64,000 nucleotides of DNA from Paraspadella gotoi (GCA_051294375.1 CM119268.1:14151240-14215239), one strand, 5' to 3'. Shown: positions 32,290-46,839, counted from the stretch's first letter. Notes: generated by a model not told the origin, from the letters alone. Translations and numbers: made by a program.

Positions 32290-32460
32290 GTGAAAGAAGG
32301 AAAGAGGAAAAGAAAAGGGAGGAAAGAGAGGAAAGGGAGAAAAGAGAGGAAAGAGAGGAAAGGGAGCAAAGAGAGGAAAGGGAGAAAAGAGAGGGAAGAG
32401 AGGAAAGGGAGAAAAGAGAGGAAAGGGAGAAAAGGGAGAAAAGAGAGGAAAGAGAGGTTG
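32290..32460. repeat. ~18-bp purine minisatellite (gagaggaaagggagaaaa)
   Basis: Direct repeats are visible in the sequence. Confidence 0.8.
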
Positions 32461-32794
32461 GCAGGAACTAATTGGCCCAAAACTTCGGTGCTGGGATGAA
32501 AAATTTGAGAAAGAAGTGATACATGGTTATTTTTCGAAAGGTGAAAATGTTTTGTTCCTATTTTGTTCGTGGTGCGGGATTGGATCAAGTTATAACTAAG
32601 ATCGTCAGTTGTTAAGCTAATTAGCTTCACTTGGTCAATCAACTCTCTCTCTCTCTCTCTNNNNNNNNNNNNNNNNNNNNNNNNNCTCTCTCTCTCTCTC
32701 TCAAGAGTAAAAATATGCAGGAATAAAAGCGTTGATTAAAATATCGAGGGCGTTTCTCGATATTTTATTCTCAATCAAAATGAATATTCATCGC

Positions 32795-34055
32795 AAAAAA
32801 AAAAAAAAAAAAAACAAAATTCCCCTTTAAAATTCTAGAATTTGTCTGAATCAGAACAGAATTTCTCTTCATTAATCTCGGAACTGTTAATTAAGTTCTC
32901 TCAGAAGGGTAGGGAAGAGAAAAAGAGAGAGAAAACACGATAAATACGTGTAGAGAAAGGGAGAGAGCTATAAATTAAATCCTATATAAATAACGAACAT
33001 GCGTATTAGGGTTCAGAAGCCTGAAGCGCGCACATTGCAGAATTAGCGCTTAATTTTTCCTCTTCGTCCTCTCCGAAGCATGCCGCAAAGCGTCTCGAAG
33101 TAAACTGAAGGGGACTGTGTCATTTTTGGGGTCGCAGAATATGAAAGTGGGCCTAAACTTCGTGAATGAACTCCTCTGACCTTTGGATCATCTTTGACAG
33201 AAGTCACGTATCTCTCCTCTATCTTTTTCAAAACAACGCAAAAATTTATATTCAGGCTAAAACCACTTTACAAACACACATTGCATTGCCTAAGCAATAG
33301 TGGCTGGTGCTAAAGCCAGAATGACGGAGGAAATGAACGAGCCATAATGATCAAGTTTAAAGCTTAAAAAATAACGCTTACAGTATTTTCCGCTAAGAAA
33401 TGTTTATAGTAAAAGAAAAATTAATAGCTTTACAGGATGAATGCGGAACTGGCGATTGACTCTGAAAAGTTTCAATCCTTTTATGGCTTTTTGATAACTA
33501 TTGATTACTATTGATTGCCAAAGTAATTACCTCTATTGATTAATAAAACCAATGGCTGTTTGGCATCATGATAGATCAGTCTGGTCATCTTGGTCAGTAT
33601 GTTTTGTTTGTCAGTCTGTCCCACTTATATCATCAAACATTAAAAAAAGAGGGAGTCACGCTTAGAGCGAGAGAGAGAGAGAAGAGAGAAAGAGAAAGAA
33701 ATGTAAAAAAGGAGGGCTATGAATGCGGATAAGAGAAGAAAAAGAGAGAGAAAAAAAAAAAAAAAAAAAAAAATTTCCCAGTTAAAATTCTAATGAATTT
33801 GTCTGAAATCAGAACAGAATTTTCTTCAGTTTATCTCGGAACTGTTAATTAAGTTTCTCAGAAAGGTAGGGAAGAGAAAAAGAGAGAGAAAACGATAAAT
33901 ACGTGGAGAGAAAGGGAGAGAGCTTAAATTAAATCCTATATAAATAACGAACATCGTTAGGGTTACAACCTGAAGCGCGTCACATTGCAGAATTAAGCGC
34001 TTAATTTTTCCTCTTCGCTCTCCCGCGCATGCGCAAAGCGTCTCGAAGTAACTGA
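32795..34055 (+). repeat. ~300-bp direct duplication (32795-33110 and 33755-34055)
   Basis: tttgtctgaatcagaacagaattt..taaattaaatcctatataaataacgaacat..cacattgcagaatta..gcaaagcgtctcgaagta occurs twice, differing by indels. Confidence 0.85.
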
Positions 34056-35889
34056 ACTCGCAAAGTAATTGATCCGCGCTTGGCGCTAAGTCTCGAAATG
34101 TTCCCGCTTCCCCCCCCCNNNNNNNNNNNNNNNNNNNNNNNNNNNNNNNNNNNNNNNNNNNNNNNNNNNNNNNNNNNNNNNNNNNNNNNNNNNNNNNNNN
34201 NNNNNNNNNNNNNNNNNNNNNNNNNNNNNNNNNNNNNNNNNNNNNNNNNNNNNNNNNNNNNNNNNNNNNNNNNNNNNNNNNNNNNNNNNNNNNNNNNNNN
34301 NNNNNNNNNNNNNNNNNNNNNNNNNNNNNNNNNNNNNNNNNNNNNNNNNNNNNNNNNNNNNNNNNNNNNNNNNNNNNNNNNNNNNNGAGAGAGGAAAAGA
34401 GATGAAGAGGTCACGTGACTGTCTAGTTTGTGTTTGCGAAAATGAGGAAAACAAGAAGGGCAAAAGAGTCCAGAAGGAGGAAGAGGAGGAGAAGGAGGAG
34501 GGAGGGAGGTGGGATTGGATGGTGAGGAAGATAGAAGGAAAGTGGCCCAGACTCGCAGCAACATATAAGAATTAGAAGGTGAGTGAGTCTGGGTGGAGAA
34601 CGAAACTGGCTTAAGATGGATCTGAGTAGATCTTTTGAAAAAAATTGATCGGGTGGTTGAAAATTCGAAAAATGGGGAATTCGGGAAAGNNNNNNNNNNN
34701 NNNNNNNNNNNNNNNNNNNNNNNNNNNNNNNNNNNNNNNNNNNNNNNNNNNNNNNNNNNNNNNNNNNNNNNNNNNNNNNNNNNNNNNNNNNNNNNNNNNN
34801 NNNNNNGCGGGGCGTCTAAAAGAAACCGTTCTCGTGATTAGGTTTTTTTTTCTCCACAGAAGTTTTGAGGTAAACAGAAGGCGACGAAGACGACGAGTAA
34901 GAAAGGCAAAGGTGGGGCCGGTAACTTTGGCTCGAACAACTGTGCAACATTATAAGGCGATAGGTAACGTCACTGTGTTAAAATCTTTCTCGGAGGGTCT
35001 GGGGATTTTTTCTTGCTCGAACATACGCTAACTACATGATACATTTACATTGAACAACGGTTGAGCTGGTGAAAGAAGAGACTCCTCCGAGAAAACCCGG
35101 GGAAAGAATTGTCGAGCCTAAGTTGGAGAGACGCAGACGAAAAAGAAAAAGCCGCGGGGAGTATAATATATTAAGGGGACGTTTAAGGATGCAAATTGTG
35201 TTTTTAAGGGGTAATCAACGTTTCAGCTCTTCCTTCCTCTCCTTCCTCTTCTGTCTTCTGTCTCTGTTTTCTTCTCTTTCTTTCTTTCTTTCTTTTCTTT
35301 CTTTCTTTCTTTCTTTTTTATTCTTTTCCTTTCCTTTTTCTTGGTAGGCGACGGGTTTTTAGGTTTTGCTGGAGCGATTCTTCGCGTAATCACGGCGCCT
35401 TGCCGTCAATGTTTGATTTTGAAAGCGTCGATCGGGCGCGTCTGGAAATACGTCATTGGGCCGATTAAGAGAGATGGAGAGAGAGAGGGTAGAGAGAGAG
35501 GAGAGATAGAGACGTCGGAGAAGGAGAGGGAGAGAGAGAGGAGAGAGAGAAGAGGGAGAGAGACAAAGAACTGATGAGTGAGGACCGTTCAACGAATGCT
35601 TGCATGTGGAGTCCAGAAAGAAGGAAAAAAAAGTTCGCGATTTGGTATGGTAGAAACCCGAAAGAAAATAAGAGAGAGAGAGAGTGAGGAGAGAGAACGA
35701 GGAGACGAGAGAGAGAGAGAAGACGAGAGAGGATGAGAGAGAGAGAGAGAGAGAGGGCCGAAAGGGGATCGTGAGGAGATGGAGAGAGAGAGAAATGAGA
35801 AACAGAGACAGAAGACAGGTAAGGGAGGAGAGAAGAAGAGCTGGAAACGTCGATATCTTCTCTCNNNNNNNNNNNNNNNNNNNNNNNNN

Positions 35890-35924
<35 letters not shown>

Positions 35925-37036
35925 CGAGTGCGAGAGAGAGAGATACAGTCAGATAGAGAGAGAACGGCGAGGCGCCCCCCGGTTTTAGAAAGCAGCGCCC
36001 CCTGTCTTTAAGCAAGCGGGGCGCGCCGCTCGTCTTTCCTCCTTTTCCTTTTCTCCCCAGCTTACCCAAAATCCTCACCCGTCTCTAGTTTTGCCCTCAG
36101 TCTTCTATTAACCCTAATTTCTTTCTCAAGCGCCACTTTCTCGAACCCCCCCTAGTACGCCAAAGAGCAACCCTTCTTCGATTTCAAGCGCCCTCTCTCC
36201 TTTCGTCCTTAAACTACGTCAAGATTTAACTGAGAAAACCCGCGAAGTCAAAAAGCCGCGCGTCCTCGAGAAATTGTTTCCCTTTCAAGCTCCAAGGGCG
36301 GTAATCATCAGTTCTCGCCACTTCCGCTTCTGAATTCCATTGCCGTTAATCATCGCTTCTTGCACTTCCGCTTCTAAATCATCGCTGAAGTCTCAACTCT
36401 CTATGGTCGCAGCTCTGGTCAATAGACTGCATTGATGGCTGAGGTAACAGGTGAGTCTCCGTTGACAATGAATTACTAATAGCGACCATCGGTTGATCAT
36501 TAAGCATTGTAATGGGTAAGTTATGTTATCGTCGACATAACAATTGTTGTCGTCACTTTTGCCGGTTAAACTTTGAAAAATGGGCTTTAGATAGGTTGGC
36601 TTGCTTCCGGCTGAGCGCTTGATTTATGATAAAGTCGACTACCTTTCTTAAATCCACTGAGAATTACGTATGGTTGGCCTAAATTATGGTTTTATTTACA
36701 TTCCGGATTCAGGAACATGAACTATAAAATTTTTTCGGCTGTCCATATATATTTTGACAACCAGATTCATCTTTAATCAGTATTAACTTAATTTCCTCTC
36801 CCCTATTTTGTCACAACCCTCCATTCCCCAATGAAATTAATTCTCCAGCTTTTCCTTACCTTTTCAATCTTATTCTCCGACCCACCCTTTTCCTCATCGA
36901 TTACCCCATCTTCCCTTACCTCTCCCTCTTAATCTCGGCTTCCCTCCCTCTTCCCCTCCCTTCCTCTCTCTTCTCCCCAGATGTAAATTTGTATGGTGAT
37001 GTCGTGAGTGTCTATGGGAAGCGACGGCGTCTCGAG

Positions 37037-37097
<61 letters not shown>

Positions 37098-37751
37098 ACG
37101 AGAGAGGAGAGAGAGAGAGAGAGAGAGATAGACGGGGTCGGTGAATTATGGTGCGGGGGAGTGAGTAAAAAGGGGTGGTTATGGTGCTGGTGGATGGGTC
37201 TGTTGGCGCCGGCTGGGAACGGCGCCCGGGGGCTGAGAGAATAAACCCTGGTAGGAGGTCGAAAGTGGGTCAAGTCTTTGCCGCGCGGTGAACGCCGCGA
37301 ACGCTGGCGCCGAGGCGAGGCGTTTACGGTTTTCTGCGCCGAGGGTAAGGAAGGGGAAAGGGCGAGAGGCGGCGTCGATGAGCCGAGAGAGTGGTTCGAG
37401 TTGAGATGAAGACGTTGAGCGTGAGGGACTTACTCAATACTCAATTACTCATTACTCAATGCTCATATCACAGAATTGCCGAGCTCGCCAATTTCACCGA
37501 TCGACGTTTTGCCTCAAAGCGGGCGACGTACGTACGCGTTCGCACATGGTTTAGTCAATTTAATCAATTGTGCTGGGAATTCGGTGTTCAGTTTTTTTCC
37601 TTCAGAAATTAACTTTGTCAATTAAATCCGAGTCTTTGAACGTCGATTCAACATTATATCTCATGTGGAATGTCGAGCGAAAAATAAGATTACGAAATTT
37701 GCGCATTTGCTAAATTAACGGAACCGAACACACTAACGTTAGTAATTGTTA

Positions 37752-37840
<89 letters not shown>

Positions 37841-38629
37841 ATATATAATAAATGAATTTCTATAAAATAAGATATAAATCCGGTGCAGGTAAAAAAATCA
37901 TTGGTTTGCAAGATTGATATGTGTTAGTGTTTCAGGTAAAAAAAGTTTATAAAATAAATAGAAGTGAGGAGGAAAAAATCCGGAGGGAAGAAGCGAAACC
38001 GAGAGGAGGTGAAGACCGACTAAATACCGACAGAAGACCGACCGGAGACCAATTGAAGACCGACCGAAGACCGACTGAAGACCGTCTAATAATTATAGGT
38101 TAACTTAAAACTAGTTAAGTCTTCTTCACATAGTAATGGGTACTTCTTCCTGTTGCGTCCTATCAGCGACAACCACTTTACTACGTTCAAACAGAGTATA
38201 TTAGCCATTATGTACAACCAAGTAGAAGGAGGAGTAGTTAGTAGAAAATAGTACATTCTTAGGCTTCCCGTAGTCTAAGTGACATAATTTCGCATAAATT
38301 AAAAGAAAAGAAAAAATTAATTTTCAAATCTCGTTCAGCTCCGTCTTCTCGGCACCGCGTCTTCAATCTCTAAGCGCCCGAATCTTTAGCGCCGGTTCGC
38401 TTAATCAGCGTCCCGACACTAAGCGTCCGCCACGCCCAGTGCTGCAGCGGCGCCGTATCGTGCCGTCTTATTTATACAGTCCCCACAATTTGCCCACAAA
38501 TTTTCATTATGGCCACGATGGTCAGCGCTGGCTATTGCACGTCTTGACCGCATCCCCGGTCTTGCATCTGCGTCTACGTCCGCAATTTGTGCTCTCAGCA
38601 TCGCTGATCCATCTGCTGCAATCTCATCC

Positions 38630-38975
38630 TTGGGAAACTGCAACACCTTGTAACGTCGCCATCTGCAGCACCGATGATCGTAACCGTTCGTCGTCTGGCA
38701 ACACCTCGTTAGACAGTCTTCATCTGCAGCACCTCGTAACGTCTTCGTCTGCAGCACCTCGTAACGTTCTTCGGTCTGCAGCACCTCGTAACGTCTTCGT
38801 CTGCGCACCTCATAACGTCTTCGTCTGCAAGCACCTCGTAACGTCTTCGTCGCACACCTCGTTAACTTTGTCGTCTGCAGCACCTCGTAATGTCGTCGTC
38901 TGCGCCCCCCTCATAAATTCGCTCCGTTCGTGCAGCAGCCTCATAACATAATACGCGGTCATCTGCAGCACCTCC
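38630..38975. repeat. ~25-bp tandem repeat (tctgcagcacctcgtaacgtcttcg), roughly 10-12 degenerate copies
   Basis: Direct repeats just inside the left LTR-like repeat. Confidence 0.9.
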
Positions 38976-41707
38976 GAACCGTACCGTGACGTTGCGTCGT
39001 CTTGACGCTCCGGAGAGAGGGAGAAAGAAAACTCCTTCACTCTCTCACACTTGCCTCTTCCACCCTCGTTTGTTTCGCTCGGACGGGCAATAACTCACAT
39101 GGTTTCATCAAGTTTTGAATTAATGAAACTAATTCCAAAAAACGACTAGATAAATATATCAGTTCAACCAACTAATAACATGCGATTCTAAGCAGTTTCT
39201 GTAAATTAAACGGCTCCAAGTAATAAATTTATAAGAAATCATTTCCACGTCATAATGATATATAAATAACATATTCACACAGTCAATAAACCAATAACAG
39301 GTCAACCACAATATACATTCATATTAAAAATTAAAGCCGTAACTTGAAATTCGTAAACTTTCACTGTCTCCATTTCCGTGAATCTTTTCTTTTTTAATAA
39401 GTGACTGGCCGTTAACTTTTCCATTAGCACCCATCAAGTAATTAACATTAAATTCATAATCGCATTTAATTCTTCATGGTTTTAGAGTGACGTCTGTCTT
39501 GTTACTCTTTTTTAAGTCTTGTTTTAAATTTCAACGCTGGCAGCCCGGCCCCCCCGCCTATGACCTACCAGCGGTCCCAAACCTCTATTTTGAATAATTC
39601 ATTTCTTACTTCCCTTCAGCTAACTTTTCCTGAAGCTGAAGGAAGAAAGAGCATGGTCAACGGCGCTCCTTTTGCGCCGCCAAACAACCAACGTTATGGG
39701 GCAAGCTTTCCCCTTTTTATTTCTTTATTGTAATATTGAAAGGGTAGGCATTGATAGGCGCTTCGCCATGAACCTCAAACGTGTTGTGACTTCAGGGGCT
39801 ATGAATCCTTTCCCCCGGAATCCAGCGGACCATCACGCAAATATTTACCTCAACTCCCTTTTGTGAAGATGGATAAAGATCATGGCCACTCTTCTTAGCA
39901 TGACAACTCATTAAATCCGTCAAATTAATGTTATAAGGCAAACATCCAGGTTTCATTTTAAATATAAGTGCTTTCTTGGGCCAAATCTAAATATTTTTTG
40001 CCTTGAACATGCTTGGCAAAGGTTCCAATTCAAGAAAATGTCCACTTTTAAAGGTCATTTCTGTCCAGTATTCACTAACATTTCCAGAGAAGACTTGAAG
40101 ATGGGCAAAAAAGCCATACCTGATTTCCTATTTTCTTCTTGACCGTGTTGACCTGTGTGAAATTTCAAATTGATACGGGCGCCCGGCGGCGGCCGGCATC
40201 CGGGGCATGAGCCCCAACAAATTGGGTGATTATTTCTCCCTTTTTTTTCAAATTTCCTTTTAAAAAAAAATCAGGCAACACGGCGAATCTAAACATTCGA
40301 ATTTTCCCGTTCTTTTTCTTTTTTTCGCGGAAAGAAAGGCAGTAAATTTTTCACAAGCGCTTTAAACTGCGTGCGCTGATGAACTATGATGGCAAGAGGG
40401 CTGTTTTTGACTTTGCCAAAAATTCCTGGACCCGACTTTCTACCACCAGGTTTGAAAAACATCATTTCCAGCTTCGTCTTTCCCGTTCAGCAGCATCATT
40501 CGGATTTGGAGAAAACTCACCATTGGCACATCATCCGATCGGACAGTGGCTTTTCTTGAAATGTGGTCGTCGGCAGCTTCGCTAGTCAGCATTCAGTTTG
40601 CGTTGTTGCATCGGCTGCGTTGTTGCGTTGGTTGTATGTGTTGCCGTCGGCTGCATTTGTGTGAACGTTTGTGGGCCCTACCGGCAACACCTGGCTTCCA
40701 TTCGCGCGTTTCGGCTACCGTCTCCAGTCCGATTCGAAGTCATGTTTCCCTTCTCATCTTCCTCCTCGCCGTCGAAAATGCCTGATTCTCATTCTCTCTT
40801 TCCCTTCTTCCTTAAATCCAACTGCTTTTCCTTGCTTTCTAACTCTCAGCTTCAATCTTTCGATTTCCAACCTGTCTCTCTTTCCGCGGTCTCTTTGCCG
40901 TTCTCGACCATGCGGCGCCGCTTGCGATGCCCGGGAGCTACAGGATCCACCCCGACCATCACCCTGATTCCTACCCCTCTTCGCGACGATGCCGTGAGGG
41001 TCCTGACAATACCACCGTTTGCGTTGGCACAATGGGGTAGTCGTCCGGGCGGTGCCGACTTCTCTGACATCCACCGGTGGAGAAGCTTCTTGTAGGCAAA
41101 TGGAAACTGAGGAAACATGGTGCAAGCGCGGAATGTGGGACTGTGTGGAGAGGCGGACCGACGAGCCGGATATTCATTGTGAACGGCTTCGGTGAGCCCC
41201 GTCCAGAACCATCCTTGGCCCTATCACTTTCCAAGGCTGATTATTCAAATCAACGGTCATGCAGTTGCCCTACCGCTTGATCAACAGCTCTCTCTGTGCT
41301 CCTCCGCAGCAATCGTGTCTGGGTTCGGGTTCATGGCTTTGCCAGTTGTGCGCACTCCTTGAAGTCTTCGAATCCCTTCGCGCCAATGCATGGTAACGTA
41401 ATGTCTCATCCTCTCTGAGTCTGATTGTCAGCATCCCCTGGCGAAATACCCTAACAATAATTCCCATACCGACTGCGCATCCGGCAGAGGACCCAAACCG
41501 TACGCTGACATAAGCGATATAATCAGCGGCAATTCGGCAGGCAATAAATGATTCAGGAGACAATTTGTTTTTTGTATTTTATTTGTGACTGTTGTGAGTG
41601 AACGACGGTTACACAATTTTCTCCGTTTTCTATCTTGCCGCGAGTGATATATACGACCAGCCTGTAAACTGAATGAATCTAAATCTCCAGGTAATAAACG
41701 ATTAGTA

Positions 41708-41890
41708 AGGCTTCAGCTCTTTGGCGCCGCTTCAGCTCTTGTGCCTCTTCGGCTCTTGGACGCCGCTTCAGCCTCCTCCGTATCGCTTACGCGCTTAGGC
41801 GCTCACGTCTTGACGCCGCTTCAGCTCTTGACGCCCGCCTTCAGCTCTTGGACGCCGCTTCAAGCTTCTTGACGCCGCTTCGACTCTTCG
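41708..41890. repeat. ~18-bp tandem repeat (gacgccgcttcagctctt)
   Basis: Direct repeats just inside the right LTR-like repeat. Confidence 0.88.
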
Positions 41891-42458
41891 TGCTGTTGGG
41901 GAGTTAGTTTAGCTCACCTGCGCAGAATGTCGGCGCAACCTCCAACCAACGCGGGCGCCAATCACCCAGCCGATGTATTTAAATATCAAACTTAAGTAAT
42001 GGGACTCTTCCTGTGCGTCCTATTTCAGCGACAACCACTTTACTACGTTCAAACAGAGTATATTAGCCATTATGTACAACAAGTAGAAGGAGGATAGTAG
42101 GTAGAAATAGTTACATCTTAGGCTTCCCGTAGTCTAAGTGACATAATTTTCGCATTAAATTAAAAGAAAAGAAAAATAAATTCAAATCTCGTCAGCTCCG
42201 TCTTCTCGGCCACCGCGTCTCTAATCTTCTAAGCGCCGAACTTAGCGCCGGTTCGCTTAATCAGCGTCCCGACCACTAAGCGTCCGCCACGCCCAGCTGC
42301 ATATGCCAGCGGCGCCGTATTCGTGCCGTCTATTATACATCTTTCGCTTTTTATCTATTTTTAAAAAATAGACAAAAAATGATAGGAAAAAGATTGCGAT
42401 GCTGCTTGATTTTTTTTAGATAAATTCATTGTTACTTTTTAAAGACAGAAAGGAAAGA

Positions 42459-42548
<90 letters not shown>

Positions 42549-42809
42549 AAAGAGAAATCGAGAGAATGAGAGAATAACGATTAAAAAAATTAATCCTCCC
42601 CCTTAAAAAAAGGAAGAGGAGGAAAGAAAAAGAGGAGGAAAGAAAAGAGGGCCTCTCGATTCGAAAACGATTTTTTTCGCTTTTTTACCCTTCGCAGTTC
42701 AATGGAGGAAAAAAAGCAGTTTTCGCTTTTTTTTTTCCGGACGACATTTCTAGGCGCCGGGGCAATGTAATCTTTTCTCTCTCTTCTCTCCTCTCTCTCT
42801 CTCTCTCTC

Positions 42810-42851
<42 letters not shown>

Positions 42852-43012
42852 CTCTACTCTCTTCTTTCTTATCTCTCCAGTTTTTTTTTATACGTTTCTC
42901 ATTTTTTTCTTTCTCCCTTCTCTTCTACTAGCGCGACTCGCCGCATTGAATGTGAAAAGGAATTAGCATCTAAAGAGGTAGAATTCTGTGGCAACGGGGC
43001 ACACACACCACT

Positions 43013-43061
<49 letters not shown>

Positions 43062-44165
43062 GTCCCTTTTCTCCGGGCCTATGCAGGACTCAAAACAAAT
43101 AAACTTTGACATTCGCAGACAGGAGTCGCCCCGAACGCACGCGGAGTAACGTGCACGCAAGACGCATGCGCGCACGCCAAAGGATAAGAGAGGCGGGGCG
43201 CGTGTTGAAGAACCCGGGCGCGCGGATCGAAGACGAGAGATGAAAGAGAAGAAAATTATTAAGAAGAGAGAAAAGGGAATAAGAAAAAAATTGAAGGATT
43301 TAAAAGAGAAGAATATAAAAAGGAAAAAAAAAGGAATGAAAGGAAAATAAATCAGAAGCAAAACAGATGAAAGAAAATATAGAAAGAAGATCGTGAAAAA
43401 AAATCGGTTCTTCTCAATCTTAGGCTCGACATTAAACATATAAACGATAATGTGTACGACAGTTCCGTGACGAAAGTTTAAACAGTTTTCAGTTCAACCT
43501 TTCCAAGAATGTATCCGCTCCTCGCCCACAAGAATGAGTGACGCGATCGCTACCATCGTCCTTTCCGCTTCTGGCGCAACAGTTCGCGATTAAGCTCAAA
43601 TTTGTCAGCTTCGAATGTTAGGGGGCGAAAACAATAAAATCGGAAGACATCATTAAATGATTTCAACTCGTATCGATTGAAATTTTCGAACCGCAAGACT
43701 TAACTCTTACCCACATCCAAGTTCAAACCACCACATCCCAATAACTCACTTTATACCCCTCACCCACGTCCCACATCCCACTTCAAACCACCACAGACCA
43801 CTCTCTCTACACCTCACCCACGTCCCACATCCCACTTCAAACCACCACAGACCACTCTCTCTAAACCACTCCCATATCCATCATCGCTTCCTCTTTCACC
43901 AAGAAAAGCGTCAAAGTCTCACTCGAAACAGATTCCAAAATCCATTCAGATTTTTTTGCCGAATCTTCTTACTTTTTTCGTGACGTTAAATATGTTTTCG
44001 CTCTATTGTCACTTATTTATTAATAAACTTATTTGATTATTTCAAAGGCGATTGTTTTCTACTCTTTAGCAGAGTTCCACCTTTGTTGATAAGGATCAAT
44101 ATTTCGCATTTCTCTCTCGTGGGATTCTTGTTCATGTACAGTATTCACCATCACCACCCCCTCAG

Positions 44166-44251
<86 letters not shown>

Positions 44252-46696
44252 CACATTAGTATTCATCAGTTCAGATGGTTTTTCGTTGTAAGCCAATCAC
44301 GCCAAGAAAATCAGGGACTGTCTTTCATTTCATTTTATTTCAGTCGTTGTCGTCGTCGNNNNNNNNNNCGTCGTCGTCGTCCTGCTGGCTCTTTTTCTCC
44401 TATTTTTTCTTCTTCTTCTTTCTCGAAGGATCTCAAAGAATTAAGGATTAAGGTTTTTAAAACAGGAGATACGATTTAGTATTAATGCCCTTCTTGCCAC
44501 CTCCTCATCCTCCTTAACAGTCCTCTTCCTCTTCATCCTCCTCCTGCTCCTCTTCTCCCTCCCCATCTCCCTCACCTCCTTCGGGGTTTCCATGGCAACC
44601 TATGGCGTCGTCGCCGCAAGACTAAAACTTGATTAGATTGGAAAATTGCCCCATCTGATGACGACGATGGCGACGAAAGGCGACAACGACGATGATGACG
44701 AAGAACCGGGTAAATATGAATAAATTAAATACGGACGTTTTTGTCTTGCTTTTATTTATAAACATTTATATTTCTCTCAAGGAATTGTTTTAATATTTCT
44801 TTTAAGCTCTCTCTCTCTCTGTCTCCCTGTATCTTTCTCTCTCTCTATCTCTCTTTCTCTGTCTGTCTCTCTCTCTTTCCCCCCCTCCCTCCCCCTCTCT
44901 CCCTTTCCCACTCCCAGCTGCGCCGATCTCAAGATTGAAACCGAGCTTTATTCCCAAAAGTCCAGAGAGGAAAAAAAAATTTGCATGAAAATTATGGAAT
45001 TAAAATTCCGTCCGGTCAATTTGTATCGGAGAGAATATTCCAGTCTTGGTCGGGTCCATTCTCGCGGGAGATTTGAACGCAGTTCAATAGCGCGGAATTA
45101 AAAAAAAAAAAGGCTAAGTACTTTGTTTTTAAAAAAAAATAACATTTTTATAGACACCAACAGTTTAAATGGATGCACAAATCTCGCTAGTACTTTCGTT
45201 ATCGGCGAATACGGTGCTAAATTGTGACGGAACCTTGAAACTTTGTCGACCACTTTTTTTTAAAAAATGGAGTAAGAAAAGGGAAAAGGAAAAAAAAATA
45301 GTTTAACTTAAAAAAAAAAAAGGAAAGGAAAAAAAGGGAGAAAAGAAAGTAGAAATAAATTCCCAGACGCGTCTTCATTTCCCTTTCCATGGCCACCGAG
45401 TCTCCTGGTCTCCATCTTTGCGCCGCAAACACCCATTCCACTCCCTCTCTATCGCGCGTCGGCTCGAGTGTTGAGTCTTCGCGAATTCGCCTCCTACTTT
45501 GCCGGAGGATTGAACGTCAAACACTTCTATTAATGTTTTAAAACTACGCGTTGAGTCTTGAAGAAATTGCGTTAAAAAAGGAGATCCGATTTGAAGCATC
45601 TTTGAGTTGGAATACAAATTTGAATTGTTTCTTACTGTATTAAATTTACAAAAGAAATATTAAAGTATATATTTTGTATTTTAATTTAAAAAGTTTTTCA
45701 TTCGCAGTATATTTTATAAAAAGTTTACTTAATAGAGAAACTTTTAAACAATTAAATAACAATAAATAGCCATCTAAATCAGAGTATCTTATTTTATAAA
45801 CAAACGAAACTATTAACAAAGATACTTCGGCCTTGGAAATCTTTCATAAGAGCCATTGCCCATTCCATTTCTGTCGGCGTCCCCCATTCACGCTAAACGT
45901 TTTTGAAGTCATCGACAACGACGACTCCGCCCAGACAATTCGACTCATGATGGATGCAATTCAAGAGGGCAGCACTAGTGCGATCATAGAAAGAAATAAA
46001 AACGAAGGTAATCGATTTAAAAAAAAATGGCGGACAGACTAAATACTAAATAGGAACACTAATACAAACAGACAAACCAAAAACAATGTCGTTTTTACTC
46101 AGTTAAATTGAAGGACATTTTTAAATGCTTAATGCTTTAGACAGAATTAATTAGGAATTAATTAATCAGAACAGGGACCTCTGAAAATAAAAAAAAGAAT
46201 AATAAAATAAGTAACATTTGACGCCACATTTTTCCCCCCTCGGAAGATAAAGCGTTGCATAAGTTAATGTAATTTATTTTAAAACAGCAATACATTCTTA
46301 TTAATTAATCAGCGAGAGACGTTTATCCTCCTGGCGGGCGCCATCGTTAATTCCACCCGAGCGCCACCGTTTGACCGTTTAAACCACTCACCCGCAGCAA
46401 GGTAAGATTTCTTTACGCCGATTCGATAGTGAGAACTCAATATATCTATAATGGCCCACCTTTCTCGAGCCAATCTGTTGGTCACAACCACCATCTACGC
46501 TGCGACCACCAATCGGAAACCCACCTCAACCACCTTCCAAGCCCCGGTCGGCTCTCGCGGCCCGGAGTCGCCGCATCCTTTTATCTTTTCTTTTCTTTTT
46601 TTTTACTTTTCTTCCTTTTCACTGAGTAAAATGCATCAATTTGCATCGGAATGTGGCTTCAAAGTCTGAAGTTGGAGAAAGTCAAGGACGCCGCCG

Positions 46697-46839
<143 letters not shown>

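Larger units (their letters stand above)
38131..42339 (-). mobile_element. Degenerate LTR-retrotransposon-like element: ~345-bp direct repeats (38131-38478, 41995-42339) flanking a 3.5-kb interior
   Basis: The two repeats align end to end (agtaatggg..ttataca). On the minus strand they start TGTAT. A PBS-like TGGCGCCC (41953-60) lies ~35 nt inside the upstream copy, and gtggggac abuts the downstream copy. No intact gag/pol and no clear TSD. Confidence 0.5.

Noticed and set aside
35571-35612. Hammerhead at ctgatgagtgagg..cgaatgc
   Set aside because: GAAT instead of GAAA, and no stem I or NUH site.
38630-38975. CRISPR-like array
   Set aside because: Contiguous degenerate repeats without unique spacers, no cas genes, and a eukaryotic context.
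41090-41130. Gag zinc knuckle on the minus strand (C..CFLSFHLPTR)
   Set aside because: It needs a frameshift and lacks the last Cys; insufficient.
44655-44700. Hammerhead at ctgatgacgacg..gacgaaag
   Set aside because: Part of a (GAC/GAT)n tract; stems I-III do not pair.
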